The position numbers and the translations under genes are program-made. This document shows positions 10,078-20,518 of a stretch of 64,000 nt of DNA, piece after piece (within the stretch, counting starts at the first letter, position 1; every line of letters begins with the position of its first letter). This DNA comes from Candidatus Latescibacterota bacterium (GTDB taxonomy: Bacteria > Latescibacterota > UBA2968 > UBA8231), in the NCBI GenBank assembly GCA_965219385.1, contig CBDCNM010000001.1, positions 918,631 to 982,630 of the forward strand. The letters are read 5' to 3'. Below the pieces are notes generated by a model that worked only from the letters and a program-made list of their open reading frames with translations, searched no databases and had not been told where the DNA came from.

Positions 10078-13000
10078 ATGAAACCAAAGATTTTAACACT
10101 CGTGGTTCTAGGCGCCTGGTGCTCCCTGGCCCATGGGGATACAGAGCGCATTCGCGCAACCATAGAATTCATGGCCTCTGTGGGGTCCAGGATCAGTGGG
10201 TATCCGGGCAGTGCCCGGGTTGCCGAGTTCGTGATGCGGGAATTTCAGGAGATCGGCTTGCAGGACCTCACCCGGGAGAGGTTTCAGGTAACGGTGCCCA
10301 TGGATCGCGGCGCCGAGTTGATCCTGGAAGAAACCGGAGAGCGTTTTGGGCTCAAAGGGCTGTGGCCCAACCACGTGCGCACCACGACCTTGCCACCCGA
10401 AGGAGTGAGAGCCTCCATGATTTACGGTGGATGGGGTCATTTTGCCGAATTCAATGGCAAAGAGATGGATGGCAGCGTGGTCCTCATGGAGTTCAACAGC
10501 AGCAACCACTGGCTGCACGCCGCCTCTTTGGGGGCCAGGGCCATTGTCTTCATCGCCCCTGAAGCTTCCAGCTGGAGGCAGGCCAACACCAAGTTCGTCG
10601 AGGTCCCCCTGGATGTGCCGCGTTTCTGGATAGACCGGGAGGCCGGGGAGTACCTCCGCCAGATTCTCTCCGAAAAGGAGAAGCAGGTGGGGTTAAAAAG
10701 CCGCATGACCTGGGAGCAGCACCCTGCCTGGAATATCTGGGGGGTTGTTCCCGGGCGGGATCCCCAGTTCAAAGGGGAGACCGTCATCGTGGAAGCTTAT
10801 TACGATGGCATCTCGGTGGTTCCGGCTCTGGCCCCCTCGGCCGAAACGGCCAGCAGTATAACGGCCCTGCTCGAACTGGCCCGGCATTTGCGAAACCACC
10901 CTCCGAAACGCACCATCGTACTGGTGGCTACGGGGGCCCATTTCCTGGCCCGGAGGGGAATTGTCGACTTTTTGGATCGGCACGCCCGCACCCATGAGGA
11001 ATACGAAAAACTCATGGAAAAGCCGCTCTACCCCAAACTTTTCATCAGCCTGGATTTGTCCAGCCAGACCGACCAGTTGGGGATATGGAACAACACCTAC
11101 AGCTATGATCTGAAGCGCTTTTTCGTGCCGTTCGGACGCAGGTTTACCGCCTACGCCCAGGAGATAGGCCCTTTGTTGGGCCGGGAGGCCCAAAAGTGCC
11201 TGGTCAATGGCATCAGCCCGATCAAGGGACTGGACTGGTCCACTTATGTGCCCGGTGGGGTGAGCGTAAACAGCCAGATTGCCCTGAAGGCAGGACTGGT
11301 TTCCCTGGCTTTTGTAACCGTAAACGATGCCCGCTTGGGGGTGGACACCCCGCTGGATCTACCCGAACAGGTCAAATATGATAATCTGGAGCGGCAGATC
11401 GCCTTCCTCAACGGTATTTTTTCCAGGGCCTTTCGCGACCCCGAATTGTTCGCCGACCTGGAAGATTTCGAACCGGTATTGAAGGACGAACTGCGCTCTT
11501 TCATCGTGAACGTGCGGGCTTTTCCGCGCCGCAGCCAGGTTCCGGACCGGGTGGTGCCCGGGGCCATCGTCGCCCTGGGGGCGGGAGCCAACCGCGAGGT
11601 AGGGGTAGGGATCAAACCGCACAAAGGAGTAAGGGGAAGCCATTATTACCTGGCCGATGAAAAGGCCGGTGTACAGATTCCGGGACTACCTCTTGGAGGA
11701 GTTCCGGTAACGGCCTATGTGCTCGTACCGGAAACCGGGGAGATCATCTATGCACCGGATATGAGTGAGCGGGCCCAGAAACACCATGGGAAGAAATTGG
11801 TCCAGGCCATCCGCTTCAAAGGCGAGCACAAAACCCTGGTGGTTTTTCCTTGCAGCTCGAGGCCGTTTTACAGCCTGATCGATCCAAGGGCCCTCAGCTG
11901 GATATCGGAGATCAAGGTCTTCGACAGCAATGGCGTGGCCCCCAAGCAGTTCGGCCTGGCCCTGGGAGCCGGGGTCCTCGAACCGGTAGCTGTAGTTTTT
12001 GCCGCTGCGGACGACAGCCTGATGTTTTTGATGGGCTCGAGCATGCTCCTGACCAACAGCACGAGAGATCCCCGGGGCACCGGGTACGTGGTGGGGCGCG
12101 ACAAGCTGGAGCGGACCGGTTTCCTGGCCGTTCAGGACATGTGGCGTCTCAACGATGAGCGGCTGAAGACCATGAAGATCCATTCCATTGAAAATCCACG
12201 TCTTTCGCGCTTGCACCAATACAGCAAAGAACTCATCGACCGGGCCGCTGCCGCCGAGCAGAACAAGGAATGGGACAAATTTATCGCTTATGTGCGGGCG
12301 GCGATGGGGGTGACGGCGCGGGCTTACCCCGATGTTATGGCGACCCTCAACGACGTCATTCAAGGCATGGTTTTTTTCCTGGCCCTGCTCATCCCCGCGG
12401 CGTTTTTCGGTGAGCGCCTGGTCTTTGGCTCATCGGATATCCGCTGGCAATTGTCGGGCTTCGGGTTCTTGCTGTTGATCGTGTGGATCGTAATCTCTCA
12501 GGTTCATCCAGCCTTTGCCATTGCCCATCCCCTGGTGATATTGCTGGCCTTTGCCATCATGGCCATGGCGGTTTTTGTGTTTGCCATGATTACCAGCCGC
12601 TTCAATCGGCACATGAGGGAGTATCAGGCGCGGGCCGCTCACATCCACGAGGTCGATATAAGCCGGGTGAGCGCTTCCTATGCGGCCTTCATGCTGGGAA
12701 TTTCCAATATGCGGCGCCGCAAATTGCGCACCGGTCTCACCATGGCCACCCTTACCTTGTTGACCTTCACCGTATTATCCTTCACCTCGTTCAGACAGCA
12801 AATCAGCTTCATGGCCTTCCCCGCGGCCCACGAGGGGCGCTACGAAGGTACCTTGATCCGCCACAGGGGATGGAGCCAGTTGAGCCTCCCCACCTATAGC
12901 TTTGTTCTTTCCCACTTCGGTAGAGAGGGCATCGTCAGTCCGCGGAACTGGTACATAACCATGGACAAGGAGCAGAAAAAGTACATCGAAATCCGCTATG

Positions 13001-14475
13001 GAAATAGCTCGGTAAAGGCCACGGGGCTGCTGGGGCTGGCTCCTCAGGAAGCCCAGATCACCGGTATTGATAAGGCCCTGAAAGCCGGCACCTTTTTCGA
13101 GGATATCGGTGAGTCCACCTGCCTGATTTCGGATAAAATGGCCCAGAGGCTGGGTATTGAAGCCCGGGATTTAGGTCGGGCAGAGGTCCAGGTTTTCGGT
13201 AAGGATCTGGTGGTGCGGGGCATAGTGGACTCCGAGGCATTTGCCGAGATCCGCGATCTGGACAACGAAACCTTGACTCCGGCCGATTTCCAGTTGTCCA
13301 GCATGCAGGCCATGGGGCCGAGTACCAGGATCAAAATGACCGTAGAAGAAGAAAGTAAGACTCCAGAGATCCGGCCTTTTGTCCACCTGGCGCCACAAAA
13401 TGTGCTGATTTTGCCCTACGAGACCCTGTGGGCCGCGGGAGGAGATCTCAGATCCGTTGCCGTGAAGTTCCACGAGGGAGCCGGCGGCCAGGCCCTGCTG
13501 GAGGATTTTCTGTTGCGCCTGGCAATCACCCTTTTTGCCGGTTTGCGGGATCCGGGCGATCCCGAGATCCACGTTTCCTCCTATACCTCGCTGGGTTTGA
13601 CCGCGGTGGAAGGCCTGGGAGCTCTGGTGATCCCCATGTTCATCGCGGCCTTGATTGTCTTGAATACCATGCTGGGCGCAGTCTACGAACGCTTTCGGGA
13701 GATCGCCGTGTACTCCTCCGTGGGCCTGGCGCCCATGCACATTGCCTTGTTGTTCATAGCCGAGGCCTGCGTGTACGCGGTGGTCGGGGTTACGCTGGGT
13801 TATATCATAGGGCAGGGTCTCGGCAAGATCCTGATCGAGCTGAACTTGGTTCAGGGCATGGATTTGAACTATTCTTCCATGTCGGCCATCACCTCGGCGC
13901 TCCTGGTCATGGGGGTGGTTTTGCTGTCCACCGTCTATCCTGCGCGCCTGGCTGCCCGCGCCTCGGTACCGGACCTGGTGCGGCGCTGGGTTCCCCCGCC
14001 GCCGGATGGGGATCGCTGGGAATTTGATTTTCCCTTTATGGTAAGCGAAGGGGAGGTGCTGGGTTTGGCCGGATTCCTGGGCAATTATTTCAAGGCTTAC
14101 AGCGAGGAGTCCATTGGGGAATTCTATGCGGAAAAAGTCCGCATCGTTCAGACCGAAGATACCGACCGGAAAGAGTACGCCGTGCAAATGCTGCTCTGGC
14201 TGGCTCCCTTCGATATGGGCGTTAGTCAGTACATGCAGCTGGAGTTTGTGCCAACCGGTAAATCCACGATCTATACCATTGAAGTGTTTATTCAGCGGAT
14301 CAGCGGGCAGGACACCTCCTGGCAGCGGGTCAACCAGCGTTTTATGAACGGTCTGCGCAAGGAGTTCCTGATCTGGCATACCTTCGGCGAAGAGGCCCGT
14401 GAACACCATCGTCAAGCAGCCCTGCAGATGCTGGCCGAAAGCGCCCGGGAGCGTCTGGAGGAGAGCACTTCTTGA
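10078..14475 (+). CDS. Large membrane protein: PA + degenerate M28-like ectodomain fused to FtsX/MacB-like permease domains
   Basis: Signal peptide; EAYYDG...APSAETASSITALLELAR; a TM block; NMRRRKLRTGLT (MacB/FtsX-type TM1 entry); periplasmic domain; VYERFREIAVYSSVG FtsX-type motif. Confidence 0.75.
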   Translation: MKPKILTLVVLGAWCSLAHGDTERIRATIEFMASVGSRISGYPGSARVAEFVMREFQEIGLQDLTRERFQVTVPMDRGAELILEETGERFGLKGLWPNHVRTTTLPPEGVRASMIYGGWGHFAEFNGKEMDGSVVLMEFNSSNHWLHAASLGARAIVFIAPEASSWRQANTKFVEVPLDVPRFWIDREAGEYLRQILSEKEKQVGLKSRMTWEQHPAWNIWGVVPGRDPQFKGETVIVEAYYDGISVVPALAPSAETASSITALLELARHLRNHPPKRTIVLVATGAHFLARRGIVDFLDRHARTHEEYEKLMEKPLYPKLFISLDLSSQTDQLGIWNNTYSYDLKRFFVPFGRRFTAYAQEIGPLLGREAQKCLVNGISPIKGLDWSTYVPGGVSVNSQIALKAGLVSLAFVTVNDARLGVDTPLDLPEQVKYDNLERQIAFLNGIFSRAFRDPELFADLEDFEPVLKDELRSFIVNVRAFPRRSQVPDRVVPGAIVALGAGANREVGVGIKPHKGVRGSHYYLADEKAGVQIPGLPLGGVPVTAYVLVPETGEIIYAPDMSERAQKHHGKKLVQAIRFKGEHKTLVVFPCSSRPFYSLIDPRALSWISEIKVFDSNGVAPKQFGLALGAGVLEPVAVVFAAADDSLMFLMGSSMLLTNSTRDPRGTGYVVGRDKLERTGFLAVQDMWRLNDERLKTMKIHSIENPRLSRLHQYSKELIDRAAAAEQNKEWDKFIAYVRAAMGVTARAYPDVMATLNDVIQGMVFFLALLIPAAFFGERLVFGSSDIRWQLSGFGFLLLIVWIVISQVHPAFAIAHPLVILLAFAIMAMAVFVFAMITSRFNRHMREYQARAAHIHEVDISRVSASYAAFMLGISNMRRRKLRTGLTMATLTLLTFTVLSFTSFRQQISFMAFPAAHEGRYEGTLIRHRGWSQLSLPTYSFVLSHFGREGIVSPRNWYITMDKEQKKYIEIRYGNSSVKATGLLGLAPQEAQITGIDKALKAGTFFEDIGESTCLISDKMAQRLGIEARDLGRAEVQVFGKDLVVRGIVDSEAFAEIRDLDNETLTPADFQLSSMQAMGPSTRIKMTVEEESKTPEIRPFVHLAPQNVLILPYETLWAAGGDLRSVAVKFHEGAGGQALLEDFLLRLAITLFAGLRDPGDPEIHVSSYTSLGLTAVEGLGALVIPMFIAALIVLNTMLGAVYERFREIAVYSSVGLAPMHIALLFIAEACVYAVVGVTLGYIIGQGLGKILIELNLVQGMDLNYSSMSAITSALLVMGVVLLSTVYPARLAARASVPDLVRRWVPPPPDGDRWEFDFPFMVSEGEVLGLAGFLGNYFKAYSEESIGEFYAEKVRIVQTEDTDRKEYAVQMLLWLAPFDMGVSQYMQLEFVPTGKSTIYTIEVFIQRISGQDTSWQRVNQRFMNGLRKEFLIWHTFGEEAREHHRQAALQMLAESARERLEESTS

Positions 14476-14507
14476 AATAAGGATTATAGCGTGCAAGGAG
14501 CTTCTTA

Positions 14508-17207
14508 GTGGCTCAGCAGCTTACGGACAAAGAAAGAGCCAAACTGGAAAGGGAATGGGAGGAGGTCAAGGACTATCGCGATCTCCTCGAGGCCCCGAAC
14601 CGCTTTGACGAAGGTTTTACCATGCGGACCGTCATCGGGGTTCTGTTCATTTCCCTGATCATGACCCCGGGGGAGATGTACCTGGGATTGGTCACGGGCG
14701 GGGGCATCGGGGCGGCCGCCCAGTGGGTGACGGTCATCCTCTTCCTGGAGGTGGCGAAACGTTCGTTCACTTCCTTGAAGCGGCAGGAGATCTACCTGCT
14801 GGTCTACGTGGCCGGGGCCCTGGTCGCCCGGGAAGAAGGCGCCTTCCTCGATTTTCTCTGGCGCCAGTACTTTGTGCGCTCGCCCGAAGCCGAACAATTC
14901 GGGGTTGCCGAGATCCTGCCCTTCTGGTGGGCCCCGCACCCGGATTCCCCGGCCCTGGCCCAGCGCTCCTTCATCCACCCCGACTGGGCCTGGCCCATCG
15001 GATTGATGGTCCTGGGCACCATCATCGGGCGGATTTCCTGGTTCACCTCGGGGTATTTGCTCTTCCGCCTCACCTCGGATCGGGAGCAGCTGCCCTTTCC
15101 AACCGCACCCATGTCGGCCCTGGGCTCCATGGCCCTGGCCGAAGAAAGCGGAGACGAACGCGAGACCTGGAAATGGCCCGTTTTCAGTATTGGTTCCGTG
15201 ATTGGAGGCGTCTTTGGCGTCCTCTACGTGGGCATCCCTACGGTGACCAGTCTAATGGGCAGCAGGATAGAGCTGATCCCCATACCTTTTGCCGATTTCA
15301 CCCCCTATTTCGGCAACATCCTCAAGGCGACCCCACTGGGGATTACCCTGCATTTAGGGCCCATCTTCGGTGGTTTGCTGATGCCTTTCTGGTCGGTCAT
15401 AGGCTCCTTTTCAGGAGTCATGGTCCACACCTTTGTCAGCCCTATCCTGCACGCCTATGGACTCATGCCGCGCTGGGTGGTGGGCATGGATACCATCAAT
15501 ACCCAGATCGCTACCGGAATCGACTTCTGGCGGGCTTTTTCGATCGGCATCACCCTGGCGGTAACCCTGATCAGTTTTTACCAGTTATGGTCTACCCTGG
15601 GACGGCAGCGGACCCAGATTCAGGAGTACTTCGGCGGGGGAGATAAGGCGCAATACCCCACGACCTGCCAGCACGAGGGCTGCAACCAGTCCTCCGAAGT
15701 GCGGGGTTATTGCATCAAGCACCTGGGGCGAGGGGACTTCAATATATGGGTCTGCCTGGCCTTGTTCAGCGTGTCGGCCATATATCCGATCCTCCTGGCC
15801 AAGACCCTTTTCCCCACCCTGGTAGGGGTGGGCTTGCTGGTGACCTTTGCCCTGATCGCCTTTGTGTACGCCCCGATCATGTCCTTTGTGAGTGCCCGTC
15901 TGGACGGCCTGATCGGCCGGGAGGTGTCCATACCCTATATCAACGAGGCCATCATTTTCCTGACCGGGTACCGGGGGGTGGATGTCTGGTTCGTTCCCTT
16001 TCCGAACCGCAACTACGGAGGGCATGCAGAAGGATTCAGGGTGGTGGAACTGGTCGGGATGCGGTTTACCAGTCTGCTCAAGGCCGAAGTCTTCATGCTG
16101 CCCATCGTACTCGGGGTCAGCATGATGTACTGGACCTTCCTGTGGCGTCTGGCACCGATTCCCTCCGAGAGTTATCCCTACGCCCAGTTGATGTGGCCCC
16201 TGCGAGCCTTCGACCAGGCTTTATTCCTCTCCAGCACCATGTACAACAAGACCTGGCGAGCCGGTGAGGAGGTGGAGAACGAGATCGTAGCCCACGGGCA
16301 GGTGGTGTGGAGTCCAAGCAATCTACAGGACCGCAACTGGTGGTACTGGCGGGTCCGCGCTACCCGGGAAATCCACATCCCCGACGAGCTCAAGAGGGCG
16401 TACGGCCCATGGTCCGAGACCGGATATTTCTACACGGATTTCAAGGCTAAGGGGCCACCGGACAAGAGGCCGGATCTCGAGGCGCTGACAACCCATGTTG
16501 CAGCACTCGACCCCAGTGGTGTTTCGGGAGGCGGACTCAGTGGTAGGTTCGAACTGCCCGCTACGCCCCGCCTGTTATGGCCCGACAAAGGCGCTGTGCT
16601 GTCAGGGGAGGGGGCAACCAATCCCAATTTCCGCGCGGCTCTGGATCTGGCTCTGGAAGACTCGGTGGAGTTCTATATCGAAGTGGACCGCCTGCCCACC
16701 TTTGACGGCACCTTTCTGCAGCGTTCCTCGGACGTTCCCATGATGTACGAAGTGCTCTGGAACGATGTCAAGTACACCGGGGATATGAAAGACAACGATG
16801 GGGATGGGCTGGAAGACGAGGAGGTGAAAAACGGCGAAGACGACGACGGCGACGGAAAGATTGACGAGGATATCCACCATCCCCTGGGCGGGAAAAAGTG
16901 GAAAATCATCCTCATCGGCACCTCTTTCGGACTGGTAGCCTATTTCACCCTGGCGGCCTTTGGCATGCCCATCTTCCTTATCTGGGGTTATGTCCAGAGC
17001 GTCAACGGGATTCCGCACGCCCTGCTTCCCCAGATCTTCGGGGCCCTGCTGGCGCGCTACTATTTTTGGAAGAAATACGGCAAGCAACAGTGGCGCCGGT
17101 ATGCCATGGTGCTGTCCGTGGGTTTCGGGGTGGGCATGTCCTTGATCGGAATGTTCTGCGCGGCCCTGGCCATGATCAGCAAGGCGGTTTCTTCGTTGAC
17201 GTATTGA
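14508..17207 (+). CDS. OPT/YSL-like polytopic membrane protein with inserted soluble domains
   Basis: Many TM segments; FTMRTVIGV, MYLGLVTG, EQLPFPTA and APIPS motifs of the OPT-like type; GTG start 32 bp after the upstream gene. Confidence 0.65.
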   Translation: MAQQLTDKERAKLEREWEEVKDYRDLLEAPNRFDEGFTMRTVIGVLFISLIMTPGEMYLGLVTGGGIGAAAQWVTVILFLEVAKRSFTSLKRQEIYLLVYVAGALVAREEGAFLDFLWRQYFVRSPEAEQFGVAEILPFWWAPHPDSPALAQRSFIHPDWAWPIGLMVLGTIIGRISWFTSGYLLFRLTSDREQLPFPTAPMSALGSMALAEESGDERETWKWPVFSIGSVIGGVFGVLYVGIPTVTSLMGSRIELIPIPFADFTPYFGNILKATPLGITLHLGPIFGGLLMPFWSVIGSFSGVMVHTFVSPILHAYGLMPRWVVGMDTINTQIATGIDFWRAFSIGITLAVTLISFYQLWSTLGRQRTQIQEYFGGGDKAQYPTTCQHEGCNQSSEVRGYCIKHLGRGDFNIWVCLALFSVSAIYPILLAKTLFPTLVGVGLLVTFALIAFVYAPIMSFVSARLDGLIGREVSIPYINEAIIFLTGYRGVDVWFVPFPNRNYGGHAEGFRVVELVGMRFTSLLKAEVFMLPIVLGVSMMYWTFLWRLAPIPSESYPYAQLMWPLRAFDQALFLSSTMYNKTWRAGEEVENEIVAHGQVVWSPSNLQDRNWWYWRVRATREIHIPDELKRAYGPWSETGYFYTDFKAKGPPDKRPDLEALTTHVAALDPSGVSGGGLSGRFELPATPRLLWPDKGAVLSGEGATNPNFRAALDLALEDSVEFYIEVDRLPTFDGTFLQRSSDVPMMYEVLWNDVKYTGDMKDNDGDGLEDEEVKNGEDDDGDGKIDEDIHHPLGGKKWKIILIGTSFGLVAYFTLAAFGMPIFLIWGYVQSVNGIPHALLPQIFGALLARYYFWKKYGKQQWRRYAMVLSVGFGVGMSLIGMFCAALAMISKAVSSLTY

Positions 17208-17329
17208 CGAGGTGGAGTCACCCGCTGGACTAGGAGCACCTTTATTGGTATATTCTCACTGATTCCGAGACCGAGGTCCAGTTTCAGTCCCCGGGAACAT
17301 CCACCCCATTCCCGCGCCTCCAGCCGCAT

Positions 17330-17677
17330 ATGGATGTATTTGAGCGGTTATACCATATTCTACAAGCCAACCTGGCAACGGGTGCCAGGCCCGCATTCGA
17401 AGAACAGGTGCCCGGGTACCAGGCCGGGTCGCGGCAAAGGGAAACTCCCGTTGAAGTAGATCCTCGGCTGGCAGGCTACTACGCCAATCTGGAAATTCCC
17501 TATGGTGCCGATCTGGCAGAGGCGCGCAGGGCCTGGAAACGTCTTTTAAAGCACTACCATCCAGATCTCTACGCCAGCGATCCCGATAAGCGGAGGCTGG
17601 CTTCCCAATTGACCACTGAACTGACCGTGGCTTTCCAGGAAATCGAAGCAGCACTCACCAACAAGGAGAAGCCCTAA
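17330..17677 (+). CDS. J-domain (DnaJ-like) protein
   Basis: YYANLEIP...WKRLLKHYHPD (HPD motif). Confidence 0.85.
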   Translation: MDVFERLYHILQANLATGARPAFEEQVPGYQAGSRQRETPVEVDPRLAGYYANLEIPYGADLAEARRAWKRLLKHYHPDLYASDPDKRRLASQLTTELTVAFQEIEAALTNKEKP

Positions 17678-17681
17678 GATC

Positions 17682-18080
17682 ATGTCCGCGCACTTCGACA
17701 AGGTCAAGGATTATGTTCTGGAGCTTGGGTTCCAGATCGACGAGGAAATTCCCGCGGAGGAAATAGTCATCATCCACGACGAAGAGAGGGGTATCCGCAA
17801 TCTGGTCATCGACTGCGAAGAGGATGTTCTGGTTCTGGAGCAACTCATCATGCCGCTGGATTGGGGAACCGCCGCCGAGGTCTACAGAAGGATTCTGCAG
17901 ATGAACCGGGAGCTGGTCTTTGGTGCCTTTGTGCTCAACGAGGAGGGGGATAACTTGCTCTTTCGCAATACTCTGGCACTGGCAAACCTGGATCTGAACG
18001 AACTGGAGAGCACCATCAACGCCCTGAGTCTGGGGCTGGCTGAAAACGGCGAAGAGTTCCTCTCGTTCGCCCAGAGATAA
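17682..18080 (+). CDS. YbjN/CesT-like chaperone-fold protein
   Basis: Acidic 132 aa, LQMNRELVFGAFVL motif, immediately upstream of pspA. Confidence 0.75.
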   Translation: MSAHFDKVKDYVLELGFQIDEEIPAEEIVIIHDEERGIRNLVIDCEEDVLVLEQLIMPLDWGTAAEVYRRILQMNRELVFGAFVLNEEGDNLLFRNTLALANLDLNELESTINALSLGLAENGEEFLSFAQR

Positions 18081-18090
18081 GGAGGAAAAA

Positions 18091-18813
18091 ATGGCAGGTA
18101 TTTTCCAGCGCTTATTCAAAACAGGGGAGGCCGAGGCCCACGCCCTGATCGACAAATTTGAAGATCCCATTAAAACGAGTGAGCAGGCCATCCGCGACCT
18201 GAGAAAGGATTTGCAGGAAAGCGTCAAGGCCCTGGCCGAGGTAAAGGCCCTGGCCATTCGCAAGACCAAAGAAGGCGAGGAGAAAAAGAGCCTGGCCGCC
18301 GATTGCGAGCGCAAAGCCATGCGGTTGCTTCAAGAAGCTCAATCCGGGAATATGGAGGAGGCCGAGGCCGAACGCCTTGCCCGGGACGCCCTGGTGCGCA
18401 AGGAAGGGGCCGCCACCCAGGCCCTAGAGGCCACCCAGCAAGCCCAGGCCCAGCAGGCCACGGTGGCCAAACTGCAGAACAACGTCAATGAACTCAAGTC
18501 CAAGATTTCTTCCTTCGAGAACGATCTGGTCACCCTTAAAGCGCGCACCAAAACCGCCAATGCCACCCGCAAGATCAACCAGCATCTGGCGAACGTGGAT
18601 TCAAAGGGCACCGTGGCTTTGCTCGAGCGCATGAAAGAGAAGGCCTCCGAACAGGAGGCCCTGGCCCAGGCCTATGGGGATATGGCCGACGCTTCCAGGT
18701 CCGTGGACGATGAAATCGACAAGGCCCTGGCCGGCACCACGGCCCCCAAGGCGGAGGATTCCCTGGCCGCTTTAAAGGCCAAGATGGGTTTGCAAAAGGA
18801 GAATCCGCAATAG
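18091..18813 (+). CDS. pspA: PspA/IM30 (bacterial ESCRT-III-like) family protein
   Basis: MAGIFQRL amphipathic N-terminus, EDP motif, long coiled coil, LKAR, ERMKEK, LAALKAKMG. Confidence 0.9.
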   Translation: MAGIFQRLFKTGEAEAHALIDKFEDPIKTSEQAIRDLRKDLQESVKALAEVKALAIRKTKEGEEKKSLAADCERKAMRLLQEAQSGNMEEAEAERLARDALVRKEGAATQALEATQQAQAQQATVAKLQNNVNELKSKISSFENDLVTLKARTKTANATRKINQHLANVDSKGTVALLERMKEKASEQEALAQAYGDMADASRSVDDEIDKALAGTTAPKAEDSLAALKAKMGLQKENPQ

Positions 18814-18835
18814 AAGGGGCGTCGAAGGACCTGGC

Positions 18836-20518
18836 ATGTCTTCCCTGACCCGCCGTCAATTCCTCCGTTTGATCGCAGCCGGCAGCAGTATCCCCTGTCT
18901 GCCGGCTTGTTTTAAGCAGACCGATGTTCCGCGGCATTTTGACATCCCGGGCCAGATCGTCAATCCATCCCCCATTCCGGGCCACCTAGTGCGCGCCCGG
19001 TACCAGGCGCGGGATTTTCCCGCCCCCTCCGGCCCTCTCTACGACGCCGTGGTGGTGGGGGGGGGGATTTCCGGCTTGGCCGCTGCATGGAAGCTGCGGA
19101 AGACCGGTGTGGACAAGATCCTCCTTCTGGAACTGGGAGAGCAAGTGGGAGGAACCAGCATCGCCGGATTTGCCAAGGGCACGGCGTTTCCATGGGGGGC
19201 TCACTACATCAATATCCCACCTGCCGAAGCGGATTGCATCCACGAGATCCTGACGGATATCGGGGTCATCCAGGGGTACGACCAGGGCGGGCGGCCCCGG
19301 ATTAAAGACGAGCACCTCCTGCGCTGGCCGCACGAGCGGCTGTATGTCGACCGAGCCTGGGTAGAAGACCTGGATCCCTTTGTCAATGCTGCTGAAGACA
19401 ATGTGGAAGTCCTGCGCCAGTTTGAGGATGATATGCTGCGCTGGACCCTCTACCGGGACCGCGAGGGTAGGAGGGCTTTTGCCATGCCCTTGCTCTACAG
19501 CAGCCGGGATGAAGCGGTTCGAGCCCTGGACGAGATTACCATGGAGGCGTATGTGCGCTCCAGGGGCTGGTATTCAGAGGAACTGGATTGGCTGCTTGAC
19601 TACGCCTGTCGCGACGACTACGGCAGTGGCTTTGACCAGGTGTCGGCCTGGGCCGGCATTCACTACTTTTCCTGCCGTTTTTACGATCAGAGGGTCGGCG
19701 ACGAATACCCGGCGGATACCCTGACCTGGCCAGAAGGCAATGCCTATCTGGTCAGAGGTTTGTTGGACCATCTCGGCCCGGAACACCACCGGACCCGACA
19801 TCTGGTCCTCTACCTGGCTTGCGCTGAGGATGGGGTGCACCTTGGTTTTACCGATCTGGCCAGTGGAGTATTCCATGCCCTCAGGAGCCGGACCGTTATT
19901 TACGCCGGCAAGCTGCACGCCGCCCCTCATGTTATTGCGGGCCTGCCGGCATCCCAGGCCCGGGCCATGTCTTCTCTAATCTACAGCCCCTGGCTGGTAG
20001 CTGCCATCCAGTTGGAACGCCGTCTCGAGAATGCTCCAGTCCCCCCGGCCTGGGACAATATCATGCTCAACAGCCCTTCGACCGGGTACGTGGTCGCGGA
20101 TCACCAAAATCCCCCGGGCGATCCGCAAGCCCCGGGGGTACTGGTCTATTATCTGCCCTTTGTTCAGGATGTGGGCAGATCCCGACACGAGCTGCTCGAA
20201 CGGGACCATGGATTCTGGGTCGACCGCATCATGAATGACCTGAGCCGGGCGCATCCGGGCCTGGAGGACCAGGTCGAACGGATTGACCTTTATCGCTGGG
20301 GACACGCTATGGTCCGGCCTTCTCCCGGGGTCCTGTGGGGCGGGCAAAGCCGGTGGCGGCGCACTCCTTTTGGGTCTATTTTCTTCGCTGGTTGCGATGT
20401 GACCGGTCTACCCTTGTTCGAGGAAGCCTGCTTTGCCGGAATTCACGCCGCTGAGCAGGTCCTGGAGTACCTGGGGGTGGGGTTCGAGACTTCATTGAAA
20501 GGGTTGCGGAATGTCTGA
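18836..20518 (+). CDS. FAD-dependent amine oxidase-like protein, probably Tat-exported
   Basis: TRRQFL signal followed by Cys; VVGGGISG; WGAHY; YACRDDYG; RWGHAM. Confidence 0.8.
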   Translation: MSSLTRRQFLRLIAAGSSIPCLPACFKQTDVPRHFDIPGQIVNPSPIPGHLVRARYQARDFPAPSGPLYDAVVVGGGISGLAAAWKLRKTGVDKILLLELGEQVGGTSIAGFAKGTAFPWGAHYINIPPAEADCIHEILTDIGVIQGYDQGGRPRIKDEHLLRWPHERLYVDRAWVEDLDPFVNAAEDNVEVLRQFEDDMLRWTLYRDREGRRAFAMPLLYSSRDEAVRALDEITMEAYVRSRGWYSEELDWLLDYACRDDYGSGFDQVSAWAGIHYFSCRFYDQRVGDEYPADTLTWPEGNAYLVRGLLDHLGPEHHRTRHLVLYLACAEDGVHLGFTDLASGVFHALRSRTVIYAGKLHAAPHVIAGLPASQARAMSSLIYSPWLVAAIQLERRLENAPVPPAWDNIMLNSPSTGYVVADHQNPPGDPQAPGVLVYYLPFVQDVGRSRHELLERDHGFWVDRIMNDLSRAHPGLEDQVERIDLYRWGHAMVRPSPGVLWGGQSRWRRTPFGSIFFAGCDVTGLPLFEEACFAGIHAAEQVLEYLGVGFETSLKGLRNV

